64,000 bases of DNA from an uncultured Gammaproteobacteria bacterium (lineage in GTDB: Bacteria > Patescibacteriota > Microgenomatia > Levybacterales > UBA12049). The position numbers and the translations under genes are program-made. Shown here piece by piece: positions 47,451-57,010 of the stretch. The notes beneath the pieces were generated by a model. It did not search any database. It saw nothing but the letters and a program-made list of their open reading frames with translations, and had not been told where the DNA came from. Where the stretch lies: positions 432 through 64,431 of the forward strand of contig CAZFYA010000003.1 of assembly GCA_964523705.1 (NCBI GenBank), written 5' to 3'. How positions within the stretch are numbered: position 1 is the stretch's first letter; every line of letters starts with the position of its first letter.

Positions 47451-48275
47451 ATGAATAAATTTGACTTAAAAACACTTAGTAAAATTTATAAACCAAGTTT
47501 AACTTCTCATAAAGGGCAAAATGGGAAATTAATGATTATTGGAGGATCAAAGCTTTTTCACGCAGCCTCTCTTTGGTCTTTAAAAGTTGCATCCAGAATT
47601 GTAGATATGGTTTTTTACTCTTCAGTTCCGGAAAACAATAGGATTATTCAAAAAGAAAAAGAGGAATTTAGAGACGGTATTATTATTCCAAGAGGAAAAA
47701 TAGATAATTACATTAATGAAGCAGATTGTATTTTAATCGGTCCTGGCTTACCAAGGGAAGAGGGTAAAGAAGAGGGAGACGACGATACAAAAGATTTAAC
47801 TCAAGGCTTACTTAAAAAATATCCTGATAAAAAATGGGTTATCGATGGAGGGAGTCTTCAAGTAATTACTCCTGAAGATATTCCTCAAACAGCTATAATT
47901 ACACCTCATAAAAAGGAATTTAAAACTCTTTTTAATCTTGAGCCAACAGTTGAAAATACAAAAGAGGTTTTAAAAAAGTATCAATTTACAATTCTTTTAA
48001 AAGGGGAAAAAGATATTGTTTGCGGCAATAAAGAATGTGCCTTTATAGAAGGAGGAAATCCTGGTATGACAAAAGGAGGAACAGGAGATGTTTTAGCAGG
48101 ATTAGTTTCAGCGCTTTATTGTAAAAATGAAGCCTTTTTATCAGCTTCTGTTGCCAGTTATATAAATAAAAGAGCAGGAGACAGGCTGTTTAAAAAGGTG
48201 GGAACATATTTTAACGCTTCTGATTTAGCAGATGAAATACCTTTGGTAATGAAAGAGTGTTTATTTGACAAATAA
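47451..48275 (+). CDS. ADP-dependent NAD(P)H-hydrate dehydratase (YjeF C-terminal domain)
   Basis: GGNPGMTKGGTGDVLAGLVSAL motif. Confidence 0.7.
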   Translation: MNKFDLKTLSKIYKPSLTSHKGQNGKLMIIGGSKLFHAASLWSLKVASRIVDMVFYSSVPENNRIIQKEKEEFRDGIIIPRGKIDNYINEADCILIGPGLPREEGKEEGDDDTKDLTQGLLKKYPDKKWVIDGGSLQVITPEDIPQTAIITPHKKEFKTLFNLEPTVENTKEVLKKYQFTILLKGEKDIVCGNKECAFIEGGNPGMTKGGTGDVLAGLVSALYCKNEAFLSASVASYINKRAGDRLFKKVGTYFNASDLADEIPLVMKECLFDK

Positions 48276-48301
48276 AATATTTTTCTTATAATAACTCTTT
48301 T

Positions 48302-48484
48302 ATGAGAGGAAAAGAAAGTGAGATTCGAGTTATTAAATCACCAGGAGGATATTGTGTTAAAAACCCTGATCTAGATATTGCGCGACTGGAAGCACATTTA
48401 GATTTTTATGAGACAATCATGAGTGAAGCTCCTAATAAGACAAATCCGGTAATAAGAAAAGGTCTTCGTCTTAGAAAGAAATAA
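48302..48484 (+). CDS. Small protein, candidate FicA/VbhA-like antitoxin
   Basis: 60 aa, located immediately upstream of Fic. Contains TIMSEA, which fits the inhibitory motif (S/T)xxxE(G/N) except for the last position. Confidence 0.3.
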   Translation: MRGKESEIRVIKSPGGYCVKNPDLDIARLEAHLDFYETIMSEAPNKTNPVIRKGLRLRKK

Positions 48485-48523
48485 CTTGCATTTTTTCGGG
48501 AAATATGCGTTAATTAGTATCTA

Positions 48524-49582
48524 ATGTTTCAACCAACATTTGTTATTACTAATAAAATCCTTAAAAACATTGGTCAAATTGAAGCCTCTAAAGAAGTAAT
48601 TGATCATGCTCCTCTTCTTCCATATTTTGAAAAAGAATTTCAAAAAGACGCAATTATTAGAACCGTGCATTTTGGAACTCATATTGAAGGGAATGAACTT
48701 AATTTATCCCAAGCAGAAAAAGTTTTAGAAGGGAAAGAAATTTCAGCAAGAGAAAGGGATATTCAAGAAATTATTAATTACAGAAAAGTAATTGAATACA
48801 TTGGAAAAATTCAAAAAACCTCTGAAAAAGAAGGCAAGTTTAAATTAACAGAAGAAACTGTAAAAGAAATGCACAAAATTACAGTTGAGAAAATTTTAGA
48901 TGATGAGAAAAGTGGAGAATATAGAAAAACACAAGTTGTTGTTAAAAACAGTTTAACAGGAGAGGTAACTTTTAGGCCGCCAAGAGCAGTTGCTGTTCAG
49001 TTTCAAATAAAGGATTTGCTTGATTTTGTAAACAAAACAAGTGATATTCACCCAATTTTAAAAAGCGGGATTGTGCATTACGAATTAGTTAGAATTCATC
49101 CCTTTTTGGATGGAAACGGAAGGGTAGCAAGAGCCTTATCAATGTTAATCTTGTTTCTTGAAGATTATGATATTAGAAGATTTTTTTCTTTAGAAGAATA
49201 TTTTGATTCAAATGCCACAGATTATTACGATGCACTGCAAAGCGTTGAAAAGGGAAAGGGAGATTTAACTAAGTGGCTTGAGTATTTTACCCTAGGTTTG
49301 GCAATTGAACTTTCAAAAATTAAAGATAAGGTAGAGAAAATATCAGTTGATGTTAAGTTAAAAGAAAAGCTTGGTGGAAAGCCAATAATGCTATCTGATA
49401 GGCAACTTAAAATTATTGAATATATTCAAAAAACAGGTTATCTTCAAAACAAAGCATTTGAGCAGCTTTTTCCAATGGTTTCAGAAGACACGGTTTTAAA
49501 TGAATTAAAACCGCTTTTAAAACACAAGATTATAAAAAAACAGGGAGTAACTAAATCGGCAAGGTATATAATGTCTAAATAA
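48524..49582 (+). CDS. Fic/DOC family protein with intact Fic motif and C-terminal winged-helix domain
   Basis: HPFLDGNGRVARAL matches HPFx(D/E)GNGRxxR fully. Confidence 0.8.
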   Translation: MFQPTFVITNKILKNIGQIEASKEVIDHAPLLPYFEKEFQKDAIIRTVHFGTHIEGNELNLSQAEKVLEGKEISARERDIQEIINYRKVIEYIGKIQKTSEKEGKFKLTEETVKEMHKITVEKILDDEKSGEYRKTQVVVKNSLTGEVTFRPPRAVAVQFQIKDLLDFVNKTSDIHPILKSGIVHYELVRIHPFLDGNGRVARALSMLILFLEDYDIRRFFSLEEYFDSNATDYYDALQSVEKGKGDLTKWLEYFTLGLAIELSKIKDKVEKISVDVKLKEKLGGKPIMLSDRQLKIIEYIQKTGYLQNKAFEQLFPMVSEDTVLNELKPLLKHKIIKKQGVTKSARYIMSK

Positions 49583-49586
49583 CAAT

Positions 49587-51308
49587 ATGCATTTTAAAGA
49601 ATTAACTTCATATTTTGAAAAACTTGAAAAAACCTCTTCAAGGCTTGCCTTAATTGATATCTTATCCTCTCTTTTTAAAAAAGCAAAGGTTGAGGAAATT
49701 GATAAAATAACCTATTTAATTCAGGGCAGAATTGCTCCGTTTTTTGAAGAAATAGAAATTGGTATGGCTGAAAAAACCGTTGCTTCATCTATTGCTATTG
49801 CCTTTAACTTAAAAAGAGAAGACGTGTTAAAAAAGTTTAATAGCTTAGGTGATATGGGAAAAGCAGTTGAAGAGCTGTCTTTGGTAAAAACAAGTTCTAA
49901 AATAACTATAGATGAGGTATTTAATATTCTTTTGCAAATTGCAAACACAAAAGGAGAGGGAACAGTTGAAAAAAGACAAAATCTTTTAGCAAGTCTTTTA
50001 AAACAAGTAGATAAACTATCTGCAAAATATATTGTTAGAATCCCACTTGGTAATTTAAGACTTGGAATTGGAGACCCAACTGTTTTAGACGGACTGGCTA
50101 AGGCAATACTGGGGGATAAGAGTAAAAGAAAACTTTTAGAAGGAGCATATAACAGAACTTCAGATCTTGGTTTAATTGCAAAAACATTAAAAGAAAAAGG
50201 TTTAGCTTCGGTTGAGAAATTAGATATTCAAGTTGGAAAACCAATTAGATCTGAGCTTTGTGAAAGGCTTCCAAATCCTAAAAAAGCAATTGAAAAGATG
50301 GAAAAAGCTGATGCTCAGTATAAATACGATGGATTTAGGGTGCAGATTCATAAAGATAACAATAATGTCTATATGTTTTCAAGAAATCTTGAGAACATGA
50401 CTCATATGTTTCCAGAACTAATTGAAGCAACCTTAAAACAGATTAAAGCAAAAACAGCAATATTAGATACAGAAGCGCTTGCATATAATATTGAATCTGA
50501 AGAGTTTTTACCATTTCAAGAAACTACTAAACGAAGAAGAAAGCACCAAGTTTCAGAAATGTCTAAAAAGCTTCCGCTTAAAGCATTTGTTTTTGACATT
50601 TTATATAAAAACGGAAAGTCTTTAATTGATGAGCCGCTTTTTAAAAGACTTGAAGTTCTTAAAAAAACAATTGTTGAAGATGATATTTTAATTCCAACTA
50701 AAAACCAAGTAGTTGATGATGATAAAACATTATCCCTTCTTTTAGAAGATGCAATATCTAAAGGACTTGAGGGTTTGGTAATTAAAAAAATTGACAGTAA
50801 ATATGAAGCAGGGGGAAGAAATTTTAATTGGGTAAAGCTAAAAAGGCATTCATCAGGAGAACTTAAAGACACAATAGACTGCGTTATTTTAGGCTATATA
50901 GTTGGAAAAGGAAAAAGAACCGCTTTTGGAGCAGGGGCACTGTTGGTTGGTGTTTATGATGAGAAAAAAGATGAATTTGTTACTGTTTCAAAGATTGGAA
51001 CAGGACTAACAGACGAGGAATGGAAGGAAATCCACAAACGCGCAGATAAAATTAAGGTTGATAAAAAACCGGCAAGAGTAAACTCCTTAATTACCCCCTC
51101 TGTTTGGATAAGCCCTGAAATTGTAATAGAAGTTTTAGCAGATGAGATAACCAGATCTCCTGTTCATACGGCCGGAAAAACAGAAAAAGAAGCAGGATAT
51201 GCACTAAGATTTCCAAGACTTGTTAGTTTTAGAGGAAATGATAAAAAAGCAGAAGATGCAACAACAGTTAAAGAATTAATATCAATGTATAAAGAGCAGG
51301 GAAAATAA
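49587..51308 (+). CDS. ATP-dependent DNA ligase
   Basis: KYDGFRVQIH (KxDG adenylation motif I), then motifs III-VI and an OB domain. 573 aa. Confidence 0.8.
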   Translation: MHFKELTSYFEKLEKTSSRLALIDILSSLFKKAKVEEIDKITYLIQGRIAPFFEEIEIGMAEKTVASSIAIAFNLKREDVLKKFNSLGDMGKAVEELSLVKTSSKITIDEVFNILLQIANTKGEGTVEKRQNLLASLLKQVDKLSAKYIVRIPLGNLRLGIGDPTVLDGLAKAILGDKSKRKLLEGAYNRTSDLGLIAKTLKEKGLASVEKLDIQVGKPIRSELCERLPNPKKAIEKMEKADAQYKYDGFRVQIHKDNNNVYMFSRNLENMTHMFPELIEATLKQIKAKTAILDTEALAYNIESEEFLPFQETTKRRRKHQVSEMSKKLPLKAFVFDILYKNGKSLIDEPLFKRLEVLKKTIVEDDILIPTKNQVVDDDKTLSLLLEDAISKGLEGLVIKKIDSKYEAGGRNFNWVKLKRHSSGELKDTIDCVILGYIVGKGKRTAFGAGALLVGVYDEKKDEFVTVSKIGTGLTDEEWKEIHKRADKIKVDKKPARVNSLITPSVWISPEIVIEVLADEITRSPVHTAGKTEKEAGYALRFPRLVSFRGNDKKAEDATTVKELISMYKEQGK

Positions 51309-51311
51309 CTA

Positions 51312-52673
51312 ATGGAATACATTACAGACCTTCATTTTCATTCTAAGTACTCAAGAGCAGTAAGTAGGGACATGACTCTTCCAATAATTTCTATGTGGGC
51401 AAAGAAAAAAGGAATTGATATTTTATCAACTACTGATTGGACCCATCCCCTGTGGTTCAGAGAAATAAAAGAGCAATTAGAAGAAGAAAAAAAAGGACTT
51501 TTTAAGTTAAAAAAATCCTTTACTCAAGAAAATGGAAGAGAGGATATCTTATTTATTCTCTCAACTGAAATCTCAAGTATTTATTCACAAGGGGGAAGTG
51601 TAAGAAGAATTCATAATTTAATATTTTCACCAAGTTTTGAAGTAGCAGAAAAGATAAATAGAGAATTTATAAGAAGAGGAACAAATCTCTCATCAGATGG
51701 GAGGCCAATTACAGGACTCACCTCAATTCAGGTAATGGAATTAATAAAATCGGTTGATAAAAACACATTTTTAATCCCTTGTCATATCTGGACTCCCTGG
51801 TTTTCCATGTATGGATCAAAATCCGGTTTTGACTCAATTGAAGAGTGTTTTGGGGAGTATAAAAATGAAATTTATGCTATTGAAACAGGTCTTTCAAGTG
51901 ATCCGTTTATGAATTGGCAAATAAAAGAATTAGAGGATAAAACAATAGTTTCCTTCTCAGATGCTCATTCTCCTCCCAAACTTGGAAGAGAGGCAACTGT
52001 TTTAAAAACTTCTACAAATAAAATTTCTTATGATGATATTATTAAGGCTTTTAAAAAAGATAAGACCACAGATTTAAAAGTATCCTACACAATTGAGTTT
52101 TATCCGGAGGAGGGAAAATATCATTTTACAGGGCATCGAAACTGTAAAGTGATTCAATCTCCAAAGGAAACAAAAAAGAATGGTTATTTATGTCCGGTTT
52201 GCAAAAGACCATTAACCTTGGGAGTAATGCATAGGGCTGAAGTTTTAGCAAAAGAAGGCACTGATTTTACCAATGAAACAGTAAAATATAATAAAGATGG
52301 CATTAAATGGGTTATAGACCCCTCAAAAAAACACCCCCCATATATAAAATTAGTTCCTTTAATAGAGATTGTTGCCGAGAGTATTGGTTCAACTGTGAAT
52401 AGTCAAAAAAGTAAAGATTTATACGAAAGTTTGTGTAGCAAATTTAATTCTGAACTTAATGTATTATTAAGAGTTAAAAAAGAGGATGTTTTAAAAGTTG
52501 CTTCTGAAAAAGTCGCGGAGGGAATTGAAAAGGTAAGAGAAGGAGAAATCGTAATCAGGCCAGGGTTTGATGGTGAATATGGGATTGTTAAGATTTGGAA
52601 TGAGGACACGGGAAAAAAAGAAAAAAATAAAAAAGAACAAGAGAAAAAGGCTCAGCTTGGTCTTGACTTTTAA
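51312..52673 (+). CDS. PHP-domain metal-dependent phosphoesterase, possibly endonuclease Q-like
   Basis: N-terminal DLHFHSKYS PHP motif. CPVCKRP zinc-finger-like segment. 453 aa. The EndoQ assignment is from memory of its architecture only. Confidence 0.4.
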   Translation: MEYITDLHFHSKYSRAVSRDMTLPIISMWAKKKGIDILSTTDWTHPLWFREIKEQLEEEKKGLFKLKKSFTQENGREDILFILSTEISSIYSQGGSVRRIHNLIFSPSFEVAEKINREFIRRGTNLSSDGRPITGLTSIQVMELIKSVDKNTFLIPCHIWTPWFSMYGSKSGFDSIEECFGEYKNEIYAIETGLSSDPFMNWQIKELEDKTIVSFSDAHSPPKLGREATVLKTSTNKISYDDIIKAFKKDKTTDLKVSYTIEFYPEEGKYHFTGHRNCKVIQSPKETKKNGYLCPVCKRPLTLGVMHRAEVLAKEGTDFTNETVKYNKDGIKWVIDPSKKHPPYIKLVPLIEIVAESIGSTVNSQKSKDLYESLCSKFNSELNVLLRVKKEDVLKVASEKVAEGIEKVREGEIVIRPGFDGEYGIVKIWNEDTGKKEKNKKEQEKKAQLGLDF

Positions 52674-52720
52674 AATGAGCTAACTTAGGATTAAATTAGG
52701 TTAAGTTTTAAAAAAAGGAG

Positions 52721-53176
52721 GTGATAAAAACGGCAGAAAAGAAAACTTCAGTAAATTCCATTATTACTTCAATGGGGCAATTATATGCAAAGCTCCCATC
52801 ACTTCCAAAAAATGTCAATGACTTTATAGTTGTGGTAGTACCATGGCTAGCTTTGATCTTTGGTATTTTAAGAGTTTTAGGATCGCTTTCTGCATTTGGC
52901 GTTTCAGTTGTTGCATCTCCTTTGGTAGCATTAGGCGGTGGTTTTAATGCAGCTACAGGATTAATTGTTGCAACCTTAATTGGCCTTGTAGCAAGTGTAT
53001 TGGAAATAATCGCTTTTCCAGGACTTTTAAATCGAAAAATGTCAGGTTGGGTATTTCTTTTTTGGGTTGAAATCCTTGGAATATTATCAGCAGTAATTAC
53101 GCTCTCAGGATTTGGAGTAATAATGGCTTTAATTTGGTTTTATTTCTTATTCCAAATAAAACCTTATTACAAATAA
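52721..53176 (+). CDS. Small hydrophobic membrane protein
   Basis: 151 aa with three or four TM helices. Confidence 0.4.
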   Translation: MIKTAEKKTSVNSIITSMGQLYAKLPSLPKNVNDFIVVVVPWLALIFGILRVLGSLSAFGVSVVASPLVALGGGFNAATGLIVATLIGLVASVLEIIAFPGLLNRKMSGWVFLFWVEILGILSAVITLSGFGVIMALIWFYFLFQIKPYYK

Positions 53177-53198
53177 GGTTAAAGTTTTTATAATTAAA

Positions 53199-53236
53199 AA
53201 AGAGCCGGTTTTTTAACTTGGCTCTTTTGTTTTTTT
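53199..53236 (+). terminator. Rho-independent terminator
   Basis: AAGAGCC...GGCTCTT stem followed by TTTGTTTTTTT. Confidence 0.45.
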
Positions 53237-53257
53237 AAAGTAGTATAATAGGAGCAA

Positions 53258-53881
53258 ATGTTTGGGGGAAGAGAAGAGGCAGGTTTAAAACTTGCTAAAA
53301 AACTTGAAAAAAAAGTAAAAGATAAAAATACAATTATTCTTTCACTTACCAGGGGAGGAGTGGTTGTTGGTAAAATAATTTCTACTTATCTTAATTTTCC
53401 GCAAGATATTTTAGTACTTAAAAAAGTAGGAGACCCAAAAAATAAAGAGCTGGCAATTGGAGTAGTAGGGCCAAAAAATACTGTTGTCTGGAATGAAGAC
53501 ATTTTAAGTTACTTAAACTTAAGCGAGAAAGAAAAAAATAAATTAAAAAAAGTAAAGGAAAGAGAAAGAGAAAAACAAGAAGCATTTTTTAGAAAAGGTA
53601 ATAGTAGTTTAGTGCTTAAAAATAAGACAGTAATATTAGTAGATGATGGAGTTGCAACCGGAGCAACTGTTCTTTGTGCGCAAAAATATTTAAAGAAAGA
53701 AAAAGTTAAAAGGTTAATATTAGCTGTTCCAGTGATTGCTAAAGATACATTAAATTATATTAATAAATACTTTGATAGTGTTGTCTATTTAAAAAAAGCC
53801 AAAGAGTTTTTTGCAGTTGGCCAATTTTATAGAAGCTTTCCTCAAATAACCAATGAACAAGTTATTGATTTAATGTTATAA
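53258..53881 (+). CDS. Type I phosphoribosyltransferase-family protein
   Basis: PRPP-binding motif VILVDDGVATGATV. Confidence 0.6.
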   Translation: MFGGREEAGLKLAKKLEKKVKDKNTIILSLTRGGVVVGKIISTYLNFPQDILVLKKVGDPKNKELAIGVVGPKNTVVWNEDILSYLNLSEKEKNKLKKVKEREREKQEAFFRKGNSSLVLKNKTVILVDDGVATGATVLCAQKYLKKEKVKRLILAVPVIAKDTLNYINKYFDSVVYLKKAKEFFAVGQFYRSFPQITNEQVIDLML

Positions 53882-53894
53882 TTTATTATATTAA

Positions 53895-54524
53895 ATGAAG
53901 TTAATCGTCGGACTTGGAAACCCCGGAGAAAAATATGAAAAAACCCGCCATAATCTTGGTTTTATGGTAATAGATAAATTTTTAAAAGAGTTTTTAAGAG
54001 GCGGAGAAAATCATTGGGAAAAAAAGACAAAATTTAAAAGTGAAATTGCAGAAATTGAATGGCAAAGACAAAAACCACTTAATAATAGCTTGTCTGAGAA
54101 AATAATTTTGGCAAAACCATTAACTTTTATGAATTTATCAGGACATGCAATTTCCTCAATCTCGTCATATTATAAAATTAAAACAACTGATATTTGGATA
54201 ATTCATGATGATATTGATTTAAACCTTGGTGCGTTAAAAATTAGAATAGGGGGCGCATCAGCAGGACATAAAGGCGTTGAGTCAATTATAAAATCGCTTA
54301 AAACAGATAGATTCTGGAGATTTAGACTTGGAGTTGGCCACCCATTAAATAAGGAAAAAAACAGAAAATCAAAATTAATGTTAGTTGATCAATATGTTTT
54401 AAAAGATTTTGGGCGAGGTGAGGGAGGAAAACTAAAAGACATTATTAAAAAGGCGGTAAAAGCCTTAGAAAACGGACTTGAGATTGGACTTGATAAAACC
54501 ATGAACAAATTTAATGCAAAATAA
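53895..54524 (+). CDS. pth: Peptidyl-tRNA hydrolase
   Basis: MKLIVGLGNPGEKYEKTRHNLGF... canonical Pth N-terminus; HDD region. Confidence 0.85.
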   Translation: MKLIVGLGNPGEKYEKTRHNLGFMVIDKFLKEFLRGGENHWEKKTKFKSEIAEIEWQRQKPLNNSLSEKIILAKPLTFMNLSGHAISSISSYYKIKTTDIWIIHDDIDLNLGALKIRIGGASAGHKGVESIIKSLKTDRFWRFRLGVGHPLNKEKNRKSKLMLVDQYVLKDFGRGEGGKLKDIIKKAVKALENGLEIGLDKTMNKFNAK

Positions 54525-54793
54525 TGAAATCAGTAAAACAAATACTTAAAAACTTTAATCCGGTAGAAGATAAATACATTTCTCGTGAGTTTCAATCATT
54601 TGGAATTCATCTTGCAGAAGAATTAGATGACTATAAACATAGAAGTTTATATATTAAACTTGCAAAAACCCATCATCGCTCTCTTCTTGAGAAGGCCCTA
54701 TCTTTTGTATCAGATAGTAATGCCAGAAATAAAGTGGCACTTTTTATGTGGAAACTAAAGGAATTAAAAAAAGAAACAAAAGTTAAAAAATAA
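54524..54793 (+). CDS. Hypothetical small basic protein
   Basis: 89 aa, no recognisable motif. Coupled to pth (ATGA overlap). Confidence 0.3.
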   Translation: MKSVKQILKNFNPVEDKYISREFQSFGIHLAEELDDYKHRSLYIKLAKTHHRSLLEKALSFVSDSNARNKVALFMWKLKELKKETKVKK

Positions 54794-54794
54794 C

Positions 54795-55067
54795 ATGACA
54801 GTTCATTTATTAATTTCAGGATTTGTACAAAGAGTAGGATATAGACAGTTTGTTAAAAAGGAAGCAATCAAGCTTGGTTTAACCGGCTGGGTTAAAAATT
54901 TACCTGATAGAAGAGTAGAAATTCAAGCAGTAGGCTTAAAAGAAAACTTACAGGAATTAATAAATAGGTGTAAAAAAGGACCCTTTTTAGCAAAAATAAA
55001 AGAAATAAAGGAAGATTGGTTTGAAAAAGATGATAGTTATAAAGACTTTGTGGTTTTACTTGAGTAG
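54795..55067 (+). CDS. acyP: Acylphosphatase
   Basis: VHLLISGFVQRVGYRQFV...GWVKNLPDRRVEI matches acylphosphatase signatures. Confidence 0.8.
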   Translation: MTVHLLISGFVQRVGYRQFVKKEAIKLGLTGWVKNLPDRRVEIQAVGLKENLQELINRCKKGPFLAKIKEIKEDWFEKDDSYKDFVVLLE

Positions 55068-55071
55068 TAAA

Positions 55072-55794
55072 TTATTTTTCAATAAATACCATAAGTAAAG
55101 CTAATAAAACTCCTGCTAAAAAAGCAAACGTTGAATGTTTTTTTTCATGCTCTCTGGTTTCTGGTAAAAGATGAGAGGCTGAAACATATACTAATACACC
55201 AACTACAAAACCCAAAGCTAGTCCTAAAACTGAACTATTCAAGTTCTTTACAAAAGGATAGGCTACAAATGCTCCTATTGGGGTGGTTAAAGCAGCAACA
55301 AAAAAAGCGTAAAGCATTGCTTTCTTTCTTTTAATGCCACCCTTTACTAAAACAGAAAATGTAATTATCCCCTCGGCTAATTCGTGTATCACAAGTCCAA
55401 TTCCTGCTAATAAACCTACTGCAACGCTTACACTAAATGTTACCGTGTAAATTACACCATCTAAAAATGAATGTATTCCTATTCCCTCAACAGCAGTGAT
55501 TCCAAAAGCCAGTTCTTTTTGTTTGCTTCTGTATTTTATAAATTTATTACTAAAAAACATAAACAAAAAACCAACTAAAGCGGCAAAACCGGCATATTCG
55601 GTTTTCTCTATAGCTTCGGGGAAGGCAAGTATTAAGGGAGATGAGATTAAAACACCTGCAGCAAAACACATAAAGTATTCTTTTGTTTTTTCTGCCCATT
55701 TACTGTTCTTAAAGATGATAAAAATGCCAATAGTATTAACTACTGCTGCGCTTAGAGCAAAAATTGTAATCCAGGAAAAAGTGCTAAGTTGCAT
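55072..55794 (-). CDS. ZIP-family divalent metal transporter (ZupT-like)
   Basis: HELAEGIITF metal-binding motif in TM IV/V; eight TM helices. Confidence 0.7.
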   Translation of the reverse strand: MQLSTFSWITIFALSAAVVNTIGIFIIFKNSKWAEKTKEYFMCFAAGVLISSPLILAFPEAIEKTEYAGFAALVGFLFMFFSNKFIKYRSKQKELAFGITAVEGIGIHSFLDGVIYTVTFSVSVAVGLLAGIGLVIHELAEGIITFSVLVKGGIKRKKAMLYAFFVAALTTPIGAFVAYPFVKNLNSSVLGLALGFVVGVLVYVSASHLLPETREHEKKHSTFAFLAGVLLALLMVFIEK

Positions 55795-55920
55795 AAATTA
55801 TAAAAAATTATTTCAGATTTTGATTATACAATATTTATTATGCTTTTGTCTTGGATATTTTACTTTTTAATTTTTGATAAAGACTTAAAGCTTAAAATGT
55901 TATGTTATAATTAAAGATCG

Positions 55921-56685
55921 ATGAATTTAAACGAAGTATTTATTCCCTTTTTATTAACACTAATTGCCGGTTTATCAACAGTTCTTGGTAGTTTTATTTT
56001 TCTTTTTAAAAATTTTTGTCAAAGAAGATTTCTTGGTTTTTTCCTAGGACTATCTGCAGGGGTAATGATTTACCTTTCTTTTGTTGAGCTTCTTCCTTTT
56101 GCAATTGAGAACATGGGATTTCTAAAAGGCAATATTTTCTTTTTTATAGGAATTTTATTAATGGCGCTTATTGATTTTTTTATTCCACATAACTATTTAA
56201 AAGAAAAGGCATGCAAAGGGCAGGGAGTAATTGATAGTAAATTATTATCAGTAGGAACAGTAGTTGCCCTAGGTCTTATTATCCATAATTTCCCAGAAGG
56301 AATGGCAGTTTTTTTAGGTTCGTTTGCTGATATAAAACTGGGACTTTTACTTGCCTTAGCAATTGCTGTTCATAATATTCCGGAGGGAATTGCGGTTTCT
56401 GCTCCAATTTATCATGCTACAGGAAGCAAGATAAGAGCAATAAAGTATGCTTTTATTGCCGGAATAGCAGAGCCATTAGGAGCAATTATTGCTTTTCTTT
56501 TTTTAAGACCGTATTTTAACCAGGGAATTCTTGCGTTGGTGTTTGCTCTTGCTGCCGGTATTATGGTTTATATTAGCTTTGACGAATTACTACCTGCATG
56601 TTTTAGAGATAAGAACGCACACCACGTAATTTCAGGAATAGTTATAGGAATGATAATTGTTGCCTTTAGTCTTCTTTTTCTTTAA
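55921..56685 (+). CDS. ZIP-family divalent metal transporter (ZupT-like)
   Basis: HNFPEGMAVF and HNIPEGIAVS motifs. Confidence 0.75.
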   Translation: MNLNEVFIPFLLTLIAGLSTVLGSFIFLFKNFCQRRFLGFFLGLSAGVMIYLSFVELLPFAIENMGFLKGNIFFFIGILLMALIDFFIPHNYLKEKACKGQGVIDSKLLSVGTVVALGLIIHNFPEGMAVFLGSFADIKLGLLLALAIAVHNIPEGIAVSAPIYHATGSKIRAIKYAFIAGIAEPLGAIIAFLFLRPYFNQGILALVFALAAGIMVYISFDELLPACFRDKNAHHVISGIVIGMIIVAFSLLFL

Positions 56686-56766
56686 TTAAGATAAGCTTGA
56701 CAAAAACACCCCTTAATGTTATTATGAATAAGTATTCAATACTTAATAAAAGGAGGTGAAAGAAAT

Positions 56767-57009
56767 ATGCCAAGATTTGATGGAACAGGACCAATGGGAC
56801 AAGGACCTATGACAGGTAAGGGCTTTGGGCCATGTGGAATGGGACTAGGTTGGAGAAAAAGATTTGGTGCAGGTAGAGGTATGGGAAGATACTTTCGCTG
56901 GAATTGGCCAAATACTGCTGAAGACCAAAAAAAAGCTCTTGCAGAATATAAACAAGCATTAAAAGAAGAGCTTGAAGATGTCGAAAAAGAAGAAGAAGAG
57001 TTAAAATAA
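56767..57009 (+). CDS. DUF5320-like Gly/Met/Pro-rich small protein
   Basis: MPRFDGTGPMGQGPMTGKGFGPCGMGLGWRKRFG..., which I recall as the conserved partner of DUF134 genes. Confidence 0.45.
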   Translation: MPRFDGTGPMGQGPMTGKGFGPCGMGLGWRKRFGAGRGMGRYFRWNWPNTAEDQKKALAEYKQALKEELEDVEKEEEELK

Positions 57010-57010
57010 T

